DNA of 64,000 nt from Tubiluchus corallicola (Eukaryota > Animalia > Priapulida), in the NCBI GenBank assembly GCA_030141605.1, contig JAQGDQ010000535.1:1-64000 (forward strand), in the 5' to 3' direction. This document shows positions 24,138-36,799 of the stretch, one piece after another. Made by a program: the position numbers and the translations under genes. Every line of letters begins with the position of its first letter. The stretch's first letter is position 1. The notes beneath the pieces are model-generated. The model was not told the DNA's origin, did not search any database, and worked only from the letters and a program-made list of their open reading frames with translations.

Positions 24138-24615
24138 TGTAACCAGTAATCAACAGCCAAGAAATCAACCAACTTCACATAAAAAACAGACGTTATAAAA
24201 TTAAAAAATCAGGAACCTACTAATTAGCAAAGTGATAGATATATCAGTTGCAACAAGATCAAATAATGACAACTAAATTTATTAGGCTGCTTAATAAACT
24301 TTTATTTAGTTCTAACTAAAAGAGAGTTCTGCTTTGACGTTCTTTTGTAAAGTGCATAGAAAAATGTCCATCCACCATGGCATGAGAAATAGACTTTATT
24401 TTAATTCTCTTCGCAAACATTGTTATTAACAACATTTCTTATAGTCCTAAACTAAATCACTAGAAAAACTGTCTAATGCTTAACAAAAAAAAACAACGAT
24501 TTTCAAAAAGTTTCTGCAAAGAAAAAACTATTTCTAACTAACCGAATTGGCAACTAATTTGAAAAACCGGCAGGTTAGATTTATAAACTCCTGTCCAGTT
24601 TTACCAACGGTATTA

Positions 24616-25536
24616 CTAGTCGTGAAATAAGCGTTTTAAAGATCTTCTAAATTTGCTGCTAAATGTAAAGTGAATGAGTGGATTGAGGGCGCTGTTCGCA
24701 TAACTCAACAACACTGTAAAAATAAAGATGTCCGGAATACGACAGCGCCACCTACAAACAAACAGAAGCAGATAGTAAGCAAAGAATGGTATCCAGCAAA
24801 TGAGGAAAATTGCAGTTAGAATTCCCAACGTCTTTGTTGCCTTTAATTTCTTTACTGCAGCGAGAGAGTTACTTGCAACATTATTCGCTTGGTGATTAAT
24901 GGCGTCTATTTGCCGAGCCTGTTTCCATGCAGTCTTCCATATAACACCATACATGGTCAGTACCTGGACAAACGGTCCTACAAAGAACACGACACATTTG
25001 GTTGCCACGTAAAGTTGTATGGTATAGCTGCGACGGCGGGTGAAGTAACTCAAACTGGCACGTGCTAATCCATCAGCTAGAGACAGAAGCCATGCTGCAG
25101 ACAGAGATAACGTTAATGTCCTTGTTGATATGAAGTCGTTGTACCTAAAAGGATGAACAACGGATATATATCTTTCTGTTGTTATGAGGCATATATGTAA
25201 AATCCCGACATCTTGCATCACACTTTCAGACAGCAGGAAAATGTGAAACGTTGGAAAACTGCCACGAAAATCTAGGACATTTATGGTAATGAACAATGGT
25301 ATGACCAATGCTCCCAGCAACCAATCTGATACAGCCAGTGATGTAACTGCAGCATAAGTAAGAGTACGTAGCCGTTCCGTCTTGAAGATAGTAATCAAAA
25401 CCAAACCATTGCCAAGAACAGCAGCTGCTCCTACGATTATCATGAAGATAATAACTACCAACAAACTTGGCTTGCTGATTTCAATATTGTAAGTGTTAAC
25501 GACAACTGATAAGTTTGAAAAGTTCAACGCTGACAT
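24616..25536 (-). CDS. Class A GPCR, amine/trace-amine-receptor-like, single coding exon (306 aa from ATG 25536; ORF extends to ATG 25632)
   Basis: GN, SLAVSD, ERY, CWIPF, NPLIH motifs; N-glycosylation sites NFS/NLS after M25536; candidate UTR acceptor TTTACAG with exon starting at 25581. Confidence 0.9.
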   Translation of the reverse strand: MSALNFSNLSVVVNTYNIEISKPSLLVVIIFMIIVGAAAVLGNGLVLITIFKTERLRTLTYAAVTSLAVSDWLLGALVIPLFITINVLDFRGSFPTFHIFLLSESVMQDVGILHICLITTERYISVVHPFRYNDFISTRTLTLSLSAAWLLSLADGLARASLSYFTRRRSYTIQLYVATKCVVFFVGPFVQVLTMYGVIWKTAWKQARQIDAINHQANNVASNSLAAVKKLKATKTLGILTAIFLICWIPFFAYYLLLFVCRWRCRIPDIFIFTVLLSYANSALNPLIHFTFSSKFRRSLKRLFHD

Positions 25537-26169
25537 AGCTTTCAGCGTTTTGCTGCAATACTGGTTGAAAGCTTCCAATAACTGTAAATGCAGCGAATGC
25601 AAACACTTGGATTCAGTGCTGAAAACATGCATGTTTGTATCCGTATTGACAACGCACCCAAACCTGTTGTTACTGTAAACACACGGACGAATATAGATTT
25701 ACTTAGGTTTATGAAGGCCGGATTACATTGAATATGTTGTCGGGCTGCTTTTGCAATGACTGGACAATTAGCAGGAAAAATTTCACACGTTTACATGTGC
25801 AGGTCTAGTTACACATTAGCCTTATGTGGCATTTATTTGCTTTTGACAATAAAGCCAGACAAATTGGCCATCACAAGCATACTAACCAACAATCAACTAA
25901 AGCTATTCGAGATTCTACAAATGACAATTAGGCTTTTAAAAGTGACTAACTTTTAAAAGTATTCTAACTCTCTCGAAATGAAAAGGCGTTTCATTAACAC
26001 TATGGGAATAAATTTATAAAACATTGATTTTGGTTTAGCATAATATTCTTTTAAACATAAAAATATGTTATGAGATAAAAAGACTCTTTTTCCAAATAAC
26101 ATTTAGCTAACAAAACACAGTTCACACCTGTCAACGATATTCATTCTATCTAGCTGCTAATTGTAGCCA

Positions 26170-26630
26170 GCTGTGGGGTTTCACAAGGATTTACGCTTGG
26201 ACCACATCTTTTTCTTCTTTACATTGATAATAAACCTGACTTCGAAACCTGACTTTTGCAGACTATAATAACCTATTCCTCTCTAGCACAAACCTAGAAA
26301 TGTGTACAAACGTCTGTTAGCCATGAATCAGAGACGATAAATGATTGGACGAATTATGACAAATTACCAATCAACTGCAAAAAAACCAAAATTATGGAGA
26401 TCAAGTGTCGTCAAATAAATAATAAGCAATAAATAAATGCATTATGATAACCTTGGAACTACATGGTCTTCAAATATATGGGACTCACAGCTATAATAAA
26501 CTTTCATTATTTGAAAGTATCTAACATAGCTAACAGGTGTGACTTCAAAGCTTAGAAATTTTTGGATTTGAAAACACATATGCTAATATATAACACCCTA
26601 ATCTATGACTACTCTGAGCACAGCATTTTG
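26170..26630 (+). pseudogene. Decayed CR1/L2-type reverse transcriptase fragment
   Basis: TGTGGGGTTTCACAAGGATTTACGCTTGGACCA reads as a degenerate CGVPQGSxLGP motif; broken FADD-like segment downstream. Confidence 0.55.
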
Positions 26631-26753
26631 AGCTTGCGATAAAAAACTAAAGGTAGCAATTGTAGTAGGTACATTCAATGTTCAAAAATAAGTTACGAAT
26701 GAAGACATTAAAGTTTGTACGTAACGTACAAGCAATTATTTTTAATAAATATA

Positions 26754-27514
26754 GGCCACATTTCCACTGCGTCCGCACAGACTTTCCTTCCGCACGTTTT
26801 ACGTCCGCAAGAGTGGTTTCCATTGGGATCGCACTCATTACGTAAGCCTTAAAATTATCTACTGTAGCTTTTCTCCTTCTTATTACTAATATGTTACTCT
26901 TAATTATGATTTTGCACGTCCATATGTTGCAAGTTTTACAGCTTTTATTATGAAACTAACAATGTTTTGAAGCTTATTATTTTCTCCCTGTAACAGCACA
27001 ACAAAGCAATGCAATTTTCAGGGCAAAGTCGAAATATTGTGGCAATAGCGAGTCTAGATAAATGAATGTACTACAAATTTAAAAAATGCATGTTCATAGG
27101 ATCGCAAAATCAAGTTTTATTTTACAGAAACGTTAATTTAATAACAAAACTACAAACATTCTGCATTCAGTATTAAGCTGAAAGGCCACTTCGGCCCACA
27201 GCTGTCTTGTAAAATCCCTGTGGCTGTATTTGAGATTATTTTGTCTTACAAAGTAGGTGTGATCTCCACAGCGTGTACAATCTGTTCGTCCTCCGTTATA
27301 AAAATGAGATTTTACGTCCACATAAAAAAGGGTGAACAATTAAAGTGCGGATCTGTGTGTATACGTGACTTTCCGTGAGGATGCAGGGGAAACGACCGAC
27401 GCATAAAACAATGATATTCAAAGGCGGGCCATTGTATCAATTTTTCTCCGTGTGAGTCATACAGAAAAAGTCTGTGTCTGTGCGTGTCTGTGCGGGCGCA
27501 GTGGAAACGCGGCC
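26754..27514. mobile_element. Harbinger-like MITE between the two GPCR 5' ends
   Basis: GGCCACATTTCCACTGCGTCCGCACAGAC ... GTCTGTGCGGGCGCAGTGGAAACGCGGCC; ATA on both sides. Confidence 0.75.
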
Positions 27515-29651
27515 ATAAACTACAAATGCCACAGGAACTGAAATTCTTATGAACCCAAAATGCAGTTCACATTTCTTTGAACGGCCTCACTTTTGTCTCA
27601 TTTACGTGAACGCTTTCAAGGTACTTTTCTAATGACATCTTTTCCAAAGAAAGCAGGTGCATGAAAAACCAAAAAGAAGCAGCCTGCGAGTCAGTTAATA
27701 ACAAAATAGCAAACACTGCATGACATGTTTATTACCACTGGCAAAAGGTGTGCTATGCACCTCAGTAAAGACCTCATAAGGCTAAGTTACATAATCACTT
27801 AATATCAGTCGCTTCATGCTAAATTAATGCCATTATGTCAACACAGACAATGTTTGCTCTGTTCAATAAATATTTTTCAATGATTGTGAATGTAATTCTG
27901 CTAATAAAATGCCATTAGCTGTATATGATGCATGTTAGCTAAACAATAATAGAATACAATATACGACCTTGAAAGTAAGTCATATAATGTGACTCTGTTT
28001 ACTTGCCATGACCTTTCATTCTCTGGATTTAAATGCTGTGTCTCTGGAGACAGAGATTCCTGAAGTGCAATATCAATTAATACATCGTGATTGTGTCGCG
28101 TAAGAGCCGTTTTTGCCTAACAATCGAATGCAGTTTCTGTAATAGACCATGGCCCAGCAATACAATTTGCTTCACAATGTCACCCAGCTGCCTCACAATT
28201 TGTGCCAGTCCAGCATAGATTCAAATGCCATGTAGGTCCCCGGTTCCCAATCTGCGGTACTCGTATCCTTTAGGAGTACCAGCAAACACCACAAGGGATA
28301 CCTGAGAAGCCTCTTAGACAATTTTTAAAAAAGTAGTGTTATATAATAATCAGCGGGTGATTCAGAAATCTGTGTCGACCGTAGTAACAATTCACGGTTT
28401 TTGGTCGAGGTCTTGACCCCTGTCCACTGTAAAGCTTTCAGTGAACTTTTTCCTGTGAAAAGCAGGCTTTTCCACGACCGTGCCAATCAGGACAAAAGTC
28501 CGAACCTTGCTTGACATCCGCGGAGACATGAGAGTCAGTGTGTCGAAAACTGAACCGCGATTCAGAAAGTTAGTTTCTGCTATGCAAGCTAGCAATATGC
28601 AACATTTAAATCTGTGGTTCATTCCTAATGTTTTACCTTACAATATGAAGAATGAAAACTTAAATCTACATAAACTATTTAAAAACTAAATATTTTATTA
28701 ATAACTAATAAATATATGAAGATCATTACACGCAAAACAGTTAACGAGCGATTAGTTTACAAATATAACAGGACTGTTACAAAAGTAACATGAGTGGAAC
28801 CTGTCAACAATTTATGCAAAGTTACCAAACACTAAAATTCCATTTTACAGCACTCCATTCCATTAAGCAAAAAAAGTTTTGATGACGCATTTTCTGAATA
28901 AAGCATCTGTGCCAAAAAGAAAACAATGAAGTCGTGTTTGTGTATAAATAATGAACAAATAATGCTGTCATATGAAAAATGTGTGTCGACAGTTTTAATA
29001 TATCATAATGCCTGACAAAAGAGCGCATAAAACTAGGTCACATAACCACATTATCAGTAATTTGTAGCAGAATGTTAAGTAAATGTCATTTACAGCAACA
29101 TAGACACAAACAGTGTTTATTCTCTTCATTCAGTAAGTGCTTTCATAACATGATTACGAAGACCATTCTGCAACGACTTGACAAAACATCAATAGCTGCG
29201 TATGATGTACAAGGCACTGAAAACGATGAAAATGTGCTAGTCAGATATTGGTGTCAGGTGCTCACTGGCAGGTATGGAGAAATGATGAGCTGCTTTTGTG
29301 AAAGATATACCCATGTTATACAAGCATTACTGCTACAAAAACTTCCAATAAAGTAGCGCAAGAATACCAACATGCAAGTATGTGTGTGCGATAAAACGAG
29401 GTTTATGAGAAATGTTGAGTTTTAAATTGAAAAACGACAGTATTACAGAATCGCAACAGACTCACACGTGTAACCATCGCTTTTTTTGTCTAATCCGTCT
29501 GATAATTTTGACATCAGAAGTATAAATGCCGATAACAAACCTTGCGAAAAAACAAGAAACGAAGGCAGGCGTTCTCTTCAATGTAAAGTAACTCAAACAA
29601 GTCAAACCTTAAGTGAAACGTCACAGACAGGAAAGCTTGAAAGTGGCACAA

Positions 29652-30587
29652 ATGAATAATACAGTTTTTGATAACTCAACAAGTGAAGATGATACAAATA
29701 ATCACACTCAAAGTGTTGACAATAGTACAAATCTTCTGTTGCTTGGCCTGGCTTTTGGAGCGGTCGGCATATGCGCCACCGTGGGCAACTCTTTGGTGCT
29801 GATAGCCGTCTACATGAACCAGCAGCTCAGACAACGCACCAATGTCATCATCACATCACTTGCCGTGTCGGATCTGTTACTGGGGATACTCGTTGTACCG
29901 TTTGTGCTGACAGTAAACTTTCTACAGTTGACCTTCCCAGCCTTTGGAATCATGTTGGGTTTTGACGCTTGGATGCAGCAGGTTGGTGTGATGCACGTAT
30001 GGCTGATTGCTGCGGAGCGCTACGTCTCAGTTCTTCATCCGTATAAATTTGACACGTTTTTTAACCGGAAAACACTGTCAGTTCTGCTGGTAACTGTGTG
30101 GACGGCCGCACTGGGAGAATCAGTACTGAATGGATATATCTTCTTCAAGTATACGCCATATAGTATCACCTTTGGCACTTATCACGCATTGAAAGGTATT
30201 TTCATTTTCATACTGCCTTCAGTAATTGTATTAGTCATGTATGGGAGAATTTGGCTGGCAGCTGTGAAGCAAGCACAGAGGATTCATAACCTCTCACGAC
30301 AAGAGAGCAACCAGAACAACCAGAATGTTACGTTTCTCAAGACCGTAAGAGAAGTGAAGGCGACGAAGAGGCTGGGTATCGTCATCGCAGTGTTCACTCT
30401 GTGCTGGACTCCATTCTTCACATATCCAGTGATTCGGTTCACTTGTAAGCTCGGCTGTTACTCGAGGCAAGTTTACATGTTCACTGTGTGGCTGAGTTAC
30501 GCCAACAGCGCGATCAACCCGTTTATTTATGCCGCTTTCAGCAGTGAATTTCTCAAGGCTTTTAAACAAATGCTTTGCTGTCAATAG
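29652..30587 (+). CDS. Class A GPCR, amine/trace-amine-receptor-like, single coding exon (311 aa); paralog of the 24616-25536 receptor
   Basis: GN, SLAVSD, D3.32, ERY, CWTPF, W7.40/Y7.43, NPFIY, C-terminal CC; several N-terminal N-x-S/T sites; AATAAA at 30711. Confidence 0.92.
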   Translation: MNNTVFDNSTSEDDTNNHTQSVDNSTNLLLLGLAFGAVGICATVGNSLVLIAVYMNQQLRQRTNVIITSLAVSDLLLGILVVPFVLTVNFLQLTFPAFGIMLGFDAWMQQVGVMHVWLIAAERYVSVLHPYKFDTFFNRKTLSVLLVTVWTAALGESVLNGYIFFKYTPYSITFGTYHALKGIFIFILPSVIVLVMYGRIWLAAVKQAQRIHNLSRQESNQNNQNVTFLKTVREVKATKRLGIVIAVFTLCWTPFFTYPVIRFTCKLGCYSRQVYMFTVWLSYANSAINPFIYAAFSSEFLKAFKQMLCCQ

Positions 30588-31129
30588 AGACACCTGGTGG
30601 CAACACGTGCAGTAATAACACTTGTGCTTTAAGATTGTTATACTGGCATCTAACAGGACACAGATTTGGAAAGTGGTACTCTGCCAGTCTCTCGAATGCG
30701 CAGAAAAAACAATAAAAACCACTATAGTAGTCTGGTTAGTTTAGTTTATTTTATTTCCAAAATGCCATAAATAATACACAGTTGCATATGTTACAATACA
30801 ACCTATTACTGCATACTGCAATACAAAGAAAGCTAAAGTTTCACCGGATATTGAGATATCGGCTCAGACCAAGAAGGTAAACTTGTACAGGCCAGAGCAA
30901 AAGATAAATTGGAAAAAAAAGATGTAGAAGGTGTGAAGTAAAATCAGCAAGAAAAATGAAATACAAGGGTAAGGGTAAGGCTTAATACAGTAAAAATGAA
31001 GATTAGATTGGCATGATAATATATAGAGAAACAGATCAAGGAGCTGTGTTATGGCAAGAATAGTATGGAGCCATGCCAGAGACAAAGATTTCCGCTATTC
31101 AATAACTGTCAGCAAGAGTGAGAGAGATT

Positions 31130-31505
31130 ACAGAAACATTTTGGGTATTAGATGGCCAAAGAAAATTTCAAACAAAGATCTGTATGAAAAAATAAAAGAA
31201 GAACCTTGGACAAGAAAAATAAAAAGACGCCATTTAGGATGGATTGGGCATATGCTTAGACTACCTGATGATGTTCCAGTGAAGATAGCTCTTCAACAAG
31301 CCATGGAACCAGCTAAAAAACCTGCAGGAGGACAAATGTTAACATATTTAGAATTTGCACAGAAAGATTTAAACACTTCAGCATTGATCCTTAGAAATAA
31401 ATCCACTTGGGGCATTGCAGCGAGTAGGGAGTCCTGGCATAGGGAGGTGAGCAGAATCATGTCCCTGGACGTGTGATTCATTGCATGATGATGATGATGA
31501 TGATG
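31130..31505 (+). mobile_element. RTE-clade LINE 3' fragment with (GAT)n tail; reverse piece at about 33355-33465
   Basis: RNILGIRWP..ISN..LY...RRHLGWIGHMLR peptide. Confidence 0.75.
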
Positions 31506-32800
31506 AGAGATGATGGTAAAAACGAAGACTAGATTCACATAAGAATACAAAAAAAAAACAGATGAAGGAGCTGAGTTACTGCAAAAGTAGTATGGAACCA
31601 TGCCAGAGACAAAGATTTCCGCTATTCAATAAAAACAACCGTCAGCACGACTTTCACTTACAGATGTAGAAATAACACTGAGAAAAATTAATAATACAAA
31701 AAGTGCGTCATTCTCATAGACAGAAATTGACTAACCAATGCGTCTGTGACAGTAAACCACTCAACTACTGAGCTCAGCACTGAAAGTACATTACACATTT
31801 TGCAGTGACACCTTGTGACAGCCAAAGAAAATTTTGTCGGGGGAAAAACTCATTAAAGGTGTGAATAAACACTAAGTGTCTGGATGTGTCATATAAATTA
31901 TAGACTGAATTAAATTTAATTAAATAATACAAAGCCGACCCTCGCAGTAATTGGGTTGTGGGTTAGGGTTAGGATTAGTTAGGTGATAAATGCTCGTGGA
32001 GACATTTATGGGGGCGGTGTCATGCACATACATGTTTTCCCTACCTGTTAAATTTGGTCTTGCCCCTTTAACTGTCATCAGTCATGTGACCAGGTAGTTA
32101 GCCAGGTAGACATTACCTGCTATGCAATTCAAGTTGATATGATGTGAATGTTGTAGTTGATTTCTTATTGTTTTTTTTGCACGTTATAAGCGCCAAAACT
32201 CAGGGAGACCACATGTAAGTGTCTAATTATCTTTACTGAACTGCTTTATACAATTAGGGCTATTGCACTGTGATTTTTTTTGTATAATTATAGACGAAAA
32301 TCACGTAACCTAATTTAGTAATTTATCTGTATCAAACTTATGTTTTTCGCAAAAAACTTATTGCTGTAATTTATTTTTACTGATAAACCCGACAACTGCT
32401 GCATATTAAACATATTTGGATGTTCTGGAGTTTAAATGTAGTACACGCATGGCGTCACGAAAATCGGTTCTACATCATATGGCGTCAGAAACTAACACTG
32501 CAGTTCATGATCACGGTTATTACAGAATTGTGCCTATTTGACGGCCATGTGAACGTGATAAAAAGTAGATTAGTAGATTCACTGAGCCGCGCGTAGCTTT
32601 GAAAGTTTGACGAAATTTTAGTATCCGAGGTAAATCTTTAATCTAAGCTTTGATTTAAAAATCCTCCATTAATAATCGAGCAGGCTACCATTGCGCTATG
32701 CCATTCGGGTACTATAGAACATCTTTGTCAAACTTAACCCACAGTAAACAACAACAAAAGATACCACAGTAACTTTTGAAGAGAAAGAATTTGACGTTAA

Positions 32801-33354
32801 AGGAAGACGGACGATTGTTTAGACTAAATCTCATTTTAGTTTACTGTCCAAAATATACATTTTCTTGCATATAAAAGTTAACAATTGTTGCTTACATTTG
32901 AATAATTAGTTTAGAAAGTTAATTAACGGCAACCGAACACAGCTATTGCTTACGTCAGAAAATAAACTAACAACAGATTGTGCAATGGCAGGCGTCTTCC
33001 CTTACGCATCAAGCATATTTGCACAGGTGTTACAGTATTGTTTAAATGCAGGATGTCATGAAAAAATGGGCTCTACATCATATGACGTCAGAAACTAACA
33101 CTGCAGTTCAGTATCATGGTTATCACGGTACCGCCTTCTGTTTGTCTGCCACGCGCATGTGACAAAAAGGTGCCGTTGCCAATCTTAGTAGATTCACTGA
33201 GCCTTGCATGGCTTTGAAAGTTTAACAAAATGTCAGTATCTGAGTTAATTAGTCTTTAATCTAAGCTTTGATTTAAAATAAGCTTTCGTAGTTTTCAATA
33301 TTTTAGAGCATTCTTTATTCTCAACTCGTGTTTACACAATCATCCGGTTTTCCT
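32801..33354. mobile_element. Complete Kolobok-like MITE; partial interior copy at about 32450-32660
   Basis: TTAA|AGGAAGACGGACGATTGTTTAGAC ... GTTTACACAATCATCCGGTTTTCCT|TTAA. Confidence 0.8.
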
Positions 33355-33578
33355 TTAACATTTGTCCTCCTGCCGGTTTTTCTGGCTGGTTCTATGGCTT
33401 GTTGAAGAGCTATCTTCACTGGGATATCATCAGGCAGTCTAAGCATATGACTAATCCATCTTAAAAATACATAGTGGCACACTTTTACGGCTGACAAGCC
33501 ACTGACTTTGATTTTCGATCTAAATTAAAGTGTTTTGTCTTAAATGCTCAGCTGCTTATATAGCTCGGCTTCCTACTC

Positions 33579-34040
33579 CAGGAATGAGAATGACAAATTG
33601 CAAAAAAAAAACTCTGAAACAGGCCGTAGGCAGAAACAAATTGCAATTTTGTTACCATAGAGAACCTCTAAGTGGACTTAAAATATCAATTACCTTGTTT
33701 CATGCATAATTTAAAATACCCAACTATCAAGGATACATGATACCTAATTGTCTCAAAAATGCCCAAGTACTGACCGCTCCTATGCAAAAGTATATAAAAA
33801 CTGTCTGCATTTGACTCAAATAACTCCGCACAATTGATTCTGTATTTTTATACATAGAGATCTACACGTGGTTACACTGATGTACGTGATGTAAACAAAG
33901 TGACGGCCCGCCAACTAGCAGTCAGCTTGTGAAAGCTCCGTAAAAATTTTCTCAACGAATTTACACAGTTTACAAAAATGGCACTACTGGTCTTCCAAAA
34001 ACTTAGAATTCTGCGTATCAGCAGAAAATTCTCATCCCTG
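33579..34040. mobile_element. CAGGGATGAGAAT-TIR MITE with 6-bp TSD (hAT6-like)
   Basis: CTACTC|CAGGAATGAGAAT ... ATTCTCATCCCTG|TTACTC. Confidence 0.75.
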
Positions 34041-34635
34041 TTACTCTCTGCAATGATTCAAGCGCGTAGTAATGGTAGTTGTGGTAGTAACATCAGCATG
34101 GATTCTTGTAGCTGTATGCTTAGTTACACCGATAGAATTAGGAGATCGAGCAAGACATGGGTCATAATTATGCTGATATAATAAGAGTTGGAACCAATAG
34201 GGTAACTATGCCATAGCCTAGCGCACCAAAGTTTGAGAGGCATCACATTTTAGACGCCCAATTTAAAAAAAACCTTATTCTCCTCGGAAAAAGTGTATCC
34301 GTTCATATTCATGTAAAACAAGCATTGTTTAACACACCACAGGCAGTTACTGAGACCAGTTGCTACATAAGGGCCATATAACGAACATATACAAGGTACT
34401 ACACAACAAACAGTTGCCTAGTCTGGTTGTATATAAGAGCAGTTCATATACACGTATTAACAATGACCATGTAGAAACTGGGTTAATAATCAGAAATTCA
34501 CAATACAGATGGATGGGACAGATCAAGATGCGGATCAGCCTACGGTGCCGTGAAATCTTGATACGCCCCTGGTTGGAACGCAAAACCCAATAAATACTAA
34601 ACACATATGCAAAAGAGGCAATCTTGACTACTCAC

Positions 34636-34876
34636 TTGAAAAAGGGTACAATCTTGCTGGCCAGCTTCTCGGCGGTTCGGAAGCCCTGAGAGAACAGCAT
34701 CACTTCGGCGATCAGCTGCCGATCCGGCGTCGTCATGGCGAGGCTGCGGAACAGCTTCTTCAAGTTGTCGGGGAGGTTGCTACGGCCGGCATAACCGGGA
34801 TTCATCGTGATGAAAATGGCCATGTCCTGGCTGACTTTTACCGACTTTCCTATCAGCTCAACTGTTATTGTACTCC
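34636..34876 (-). CDS. DYNC1H1: Dynein heavy chain exon 14
   Basis: [39 protein letters not shown]...IVPFF; AAG acceptor, phase 1/2. Confidence 0.94.
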
Positions 34877-36141
34877 CTTAACAATGAAAGCAATTATAGG
34901 AACAGGTGCTGACTTTAACAGTATGCTAGTTCAATAGTAATCATTATAATTACATAATTAATTAATCAAATCTAAATTAAAAGTAAAACGCCTTGATGAA
35001 GTCAGACAGAGCTGCAAGGTTTGACATTTTTATGCCGAGCTACTTATAGATGAAGTAAATAAATTAAGCAATTAGTAATGTCCGATCTAACGACATCAAC
35101 AAACGTAGCAGTAAACAGCGATTATAAACAAAAATTTTTAACTAGGACTGAGACGATGAGGCTTTCTAACTAACCGTTTAAACGTTATTAAATACGGTCA
35201 GTTAATCGGTTAACCCTTTAACCGTTTCCGACGACGTCATACATATGACAAAATACCGAATACACGTCAGAAGTCAATCTAACAGAGTTTCAACAAGCAA
35301 AAATTAATCTCCTTGGAGAATTTTATGTGAAAAATATCGGAAAACTAGCCAAATACATTTTAGTTAAATATATATTTGCATTTCGTCTGTTTTCTTTCGC
35401 ATTTTTACTTTTTTAAATGAATAGTTCATTCATTCCTTGCACGAGTAAGCGGCGTTGATCTAGCATGCGCCAGCGAGAATGTTCAATGTGGCGGCATCCT
35501 CGTAACATAGTGAGTGAACTTCGTAACCTCGAGTGAAAAACTTTTTGCAATTTACTGTTTAGGTGCTTCTTAGGCAACCAGATTAATTGAAACAATGTTG
35601 TAAATAGAGCAATTTTTGTAAGCGGGACATTGCTAAGTGCGTACGCCAACTCAGAAAACATACAAGGTTTCGTTAATACGGATACGTAGAAAGCTTGGAT
35701 AAGTAACGGTTAAACGGTTACCCAATGAGTAGACTGAAAGTAGTTTATGAATTATGTAAATGATTTGTATTAATTAACAGATTGAGAGATTCTGATGCAA
35801 AAGTGCAATGTTTAAAACGCATGGAAAAGATGTAAATAAGCCTTTTTGCAGTTTCGCTATGCGCATGCGCAGTTGCTGTAGGTCAAAGGTTAAGTGTATC
35901 ACAGCAACGCGTCTTAATTACAACCGTCACGTGACATGTATGTAAAGCAAAACCGTCTCACGCATCAGTTCAGTAACTTCAGTTATTTTGCTTGGACTTT
36001 ACTTAATTATGCATTAGACTGTGTGTAGAGTGATTTACAAACAGAATCTTGCTTACGACAAATGAACTAGGTAAGGTTCTAGCCAGCTGTTAAAACTGTT
36101 AGTATCACAACATCATGGGCTGCGAGGCGTTGTCAAGTGTG

Positions 36142-36599
36142 CAGTGTTCCCTCGCTACTTCGCGGTTCGTTTATCGCGGACTCGCTGTTTTGCGGGTTTT
36201 CAAAGAATATTATAAATCATAAAAAATTACCATTTACAGTAAATAGTGTATTTATTCGGCGGATGAATGCACACAACATATGAAATGTAGTACTTGCGCC
36301 CGTTTGTGATGCTACTTGCCGACGTGAGATTGTACGCAACACACGTTAGTTGATTGATGGAAAGCGATCAATCAGAGAATGCTGCTCTGTATCGCAGTTG
36401 CTGATTGGCTCAGGTACCGTGCAATTTGTTTTCGTGTTTGAAATTTGTGAAATTTTCGTGAGAGACTGAATTTATTCGAGCCCTACGATGCCACCTAAAC
36501 GCGTAAGTATTAAATAAGTGTAGCATCCCTACTTCGCGGAAAGTCACTTATCGCAGGTGGGCCTGGAACGGAACACCCTCGATAATCGAGGGAACACTG
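36142..36599. mobile_element. pogo/Tigger-like MITE nested in the AATAAGCC MITE (35835-36683)
   Basis: CAGTGTTCCCTCG ... CGAGGGAACACTG; internal ATGCCACCTAAACG (MPPKR) like a Tigger transposase start. Confidence 0.78.
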
Positions 36600-36799
36600 C
36601 ACACAAATGCGTTGTCTAGTTCAATTGACTTTTGACCTCTTTCAAGATGATCAAGAATCGCTGGAACTGTGAAAAGGCTTCTTCTCATTAGGGACTAGAC
36701 TTTTAACTGTGTCGTTAAACTAGCAATTAATCGGAAATAAATTAGAGAAATAAGCCGCTGAAAGAGAAGAATGCATATGACCAGACGGTTTAGTTTATG

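Noticed and set aside
29613-29651. GTG start for the plus-strand GPCR
   Set aside because: In a eukaryote the ATG at 29652, followed by typical N-glycosylation sites, is the more likely start.
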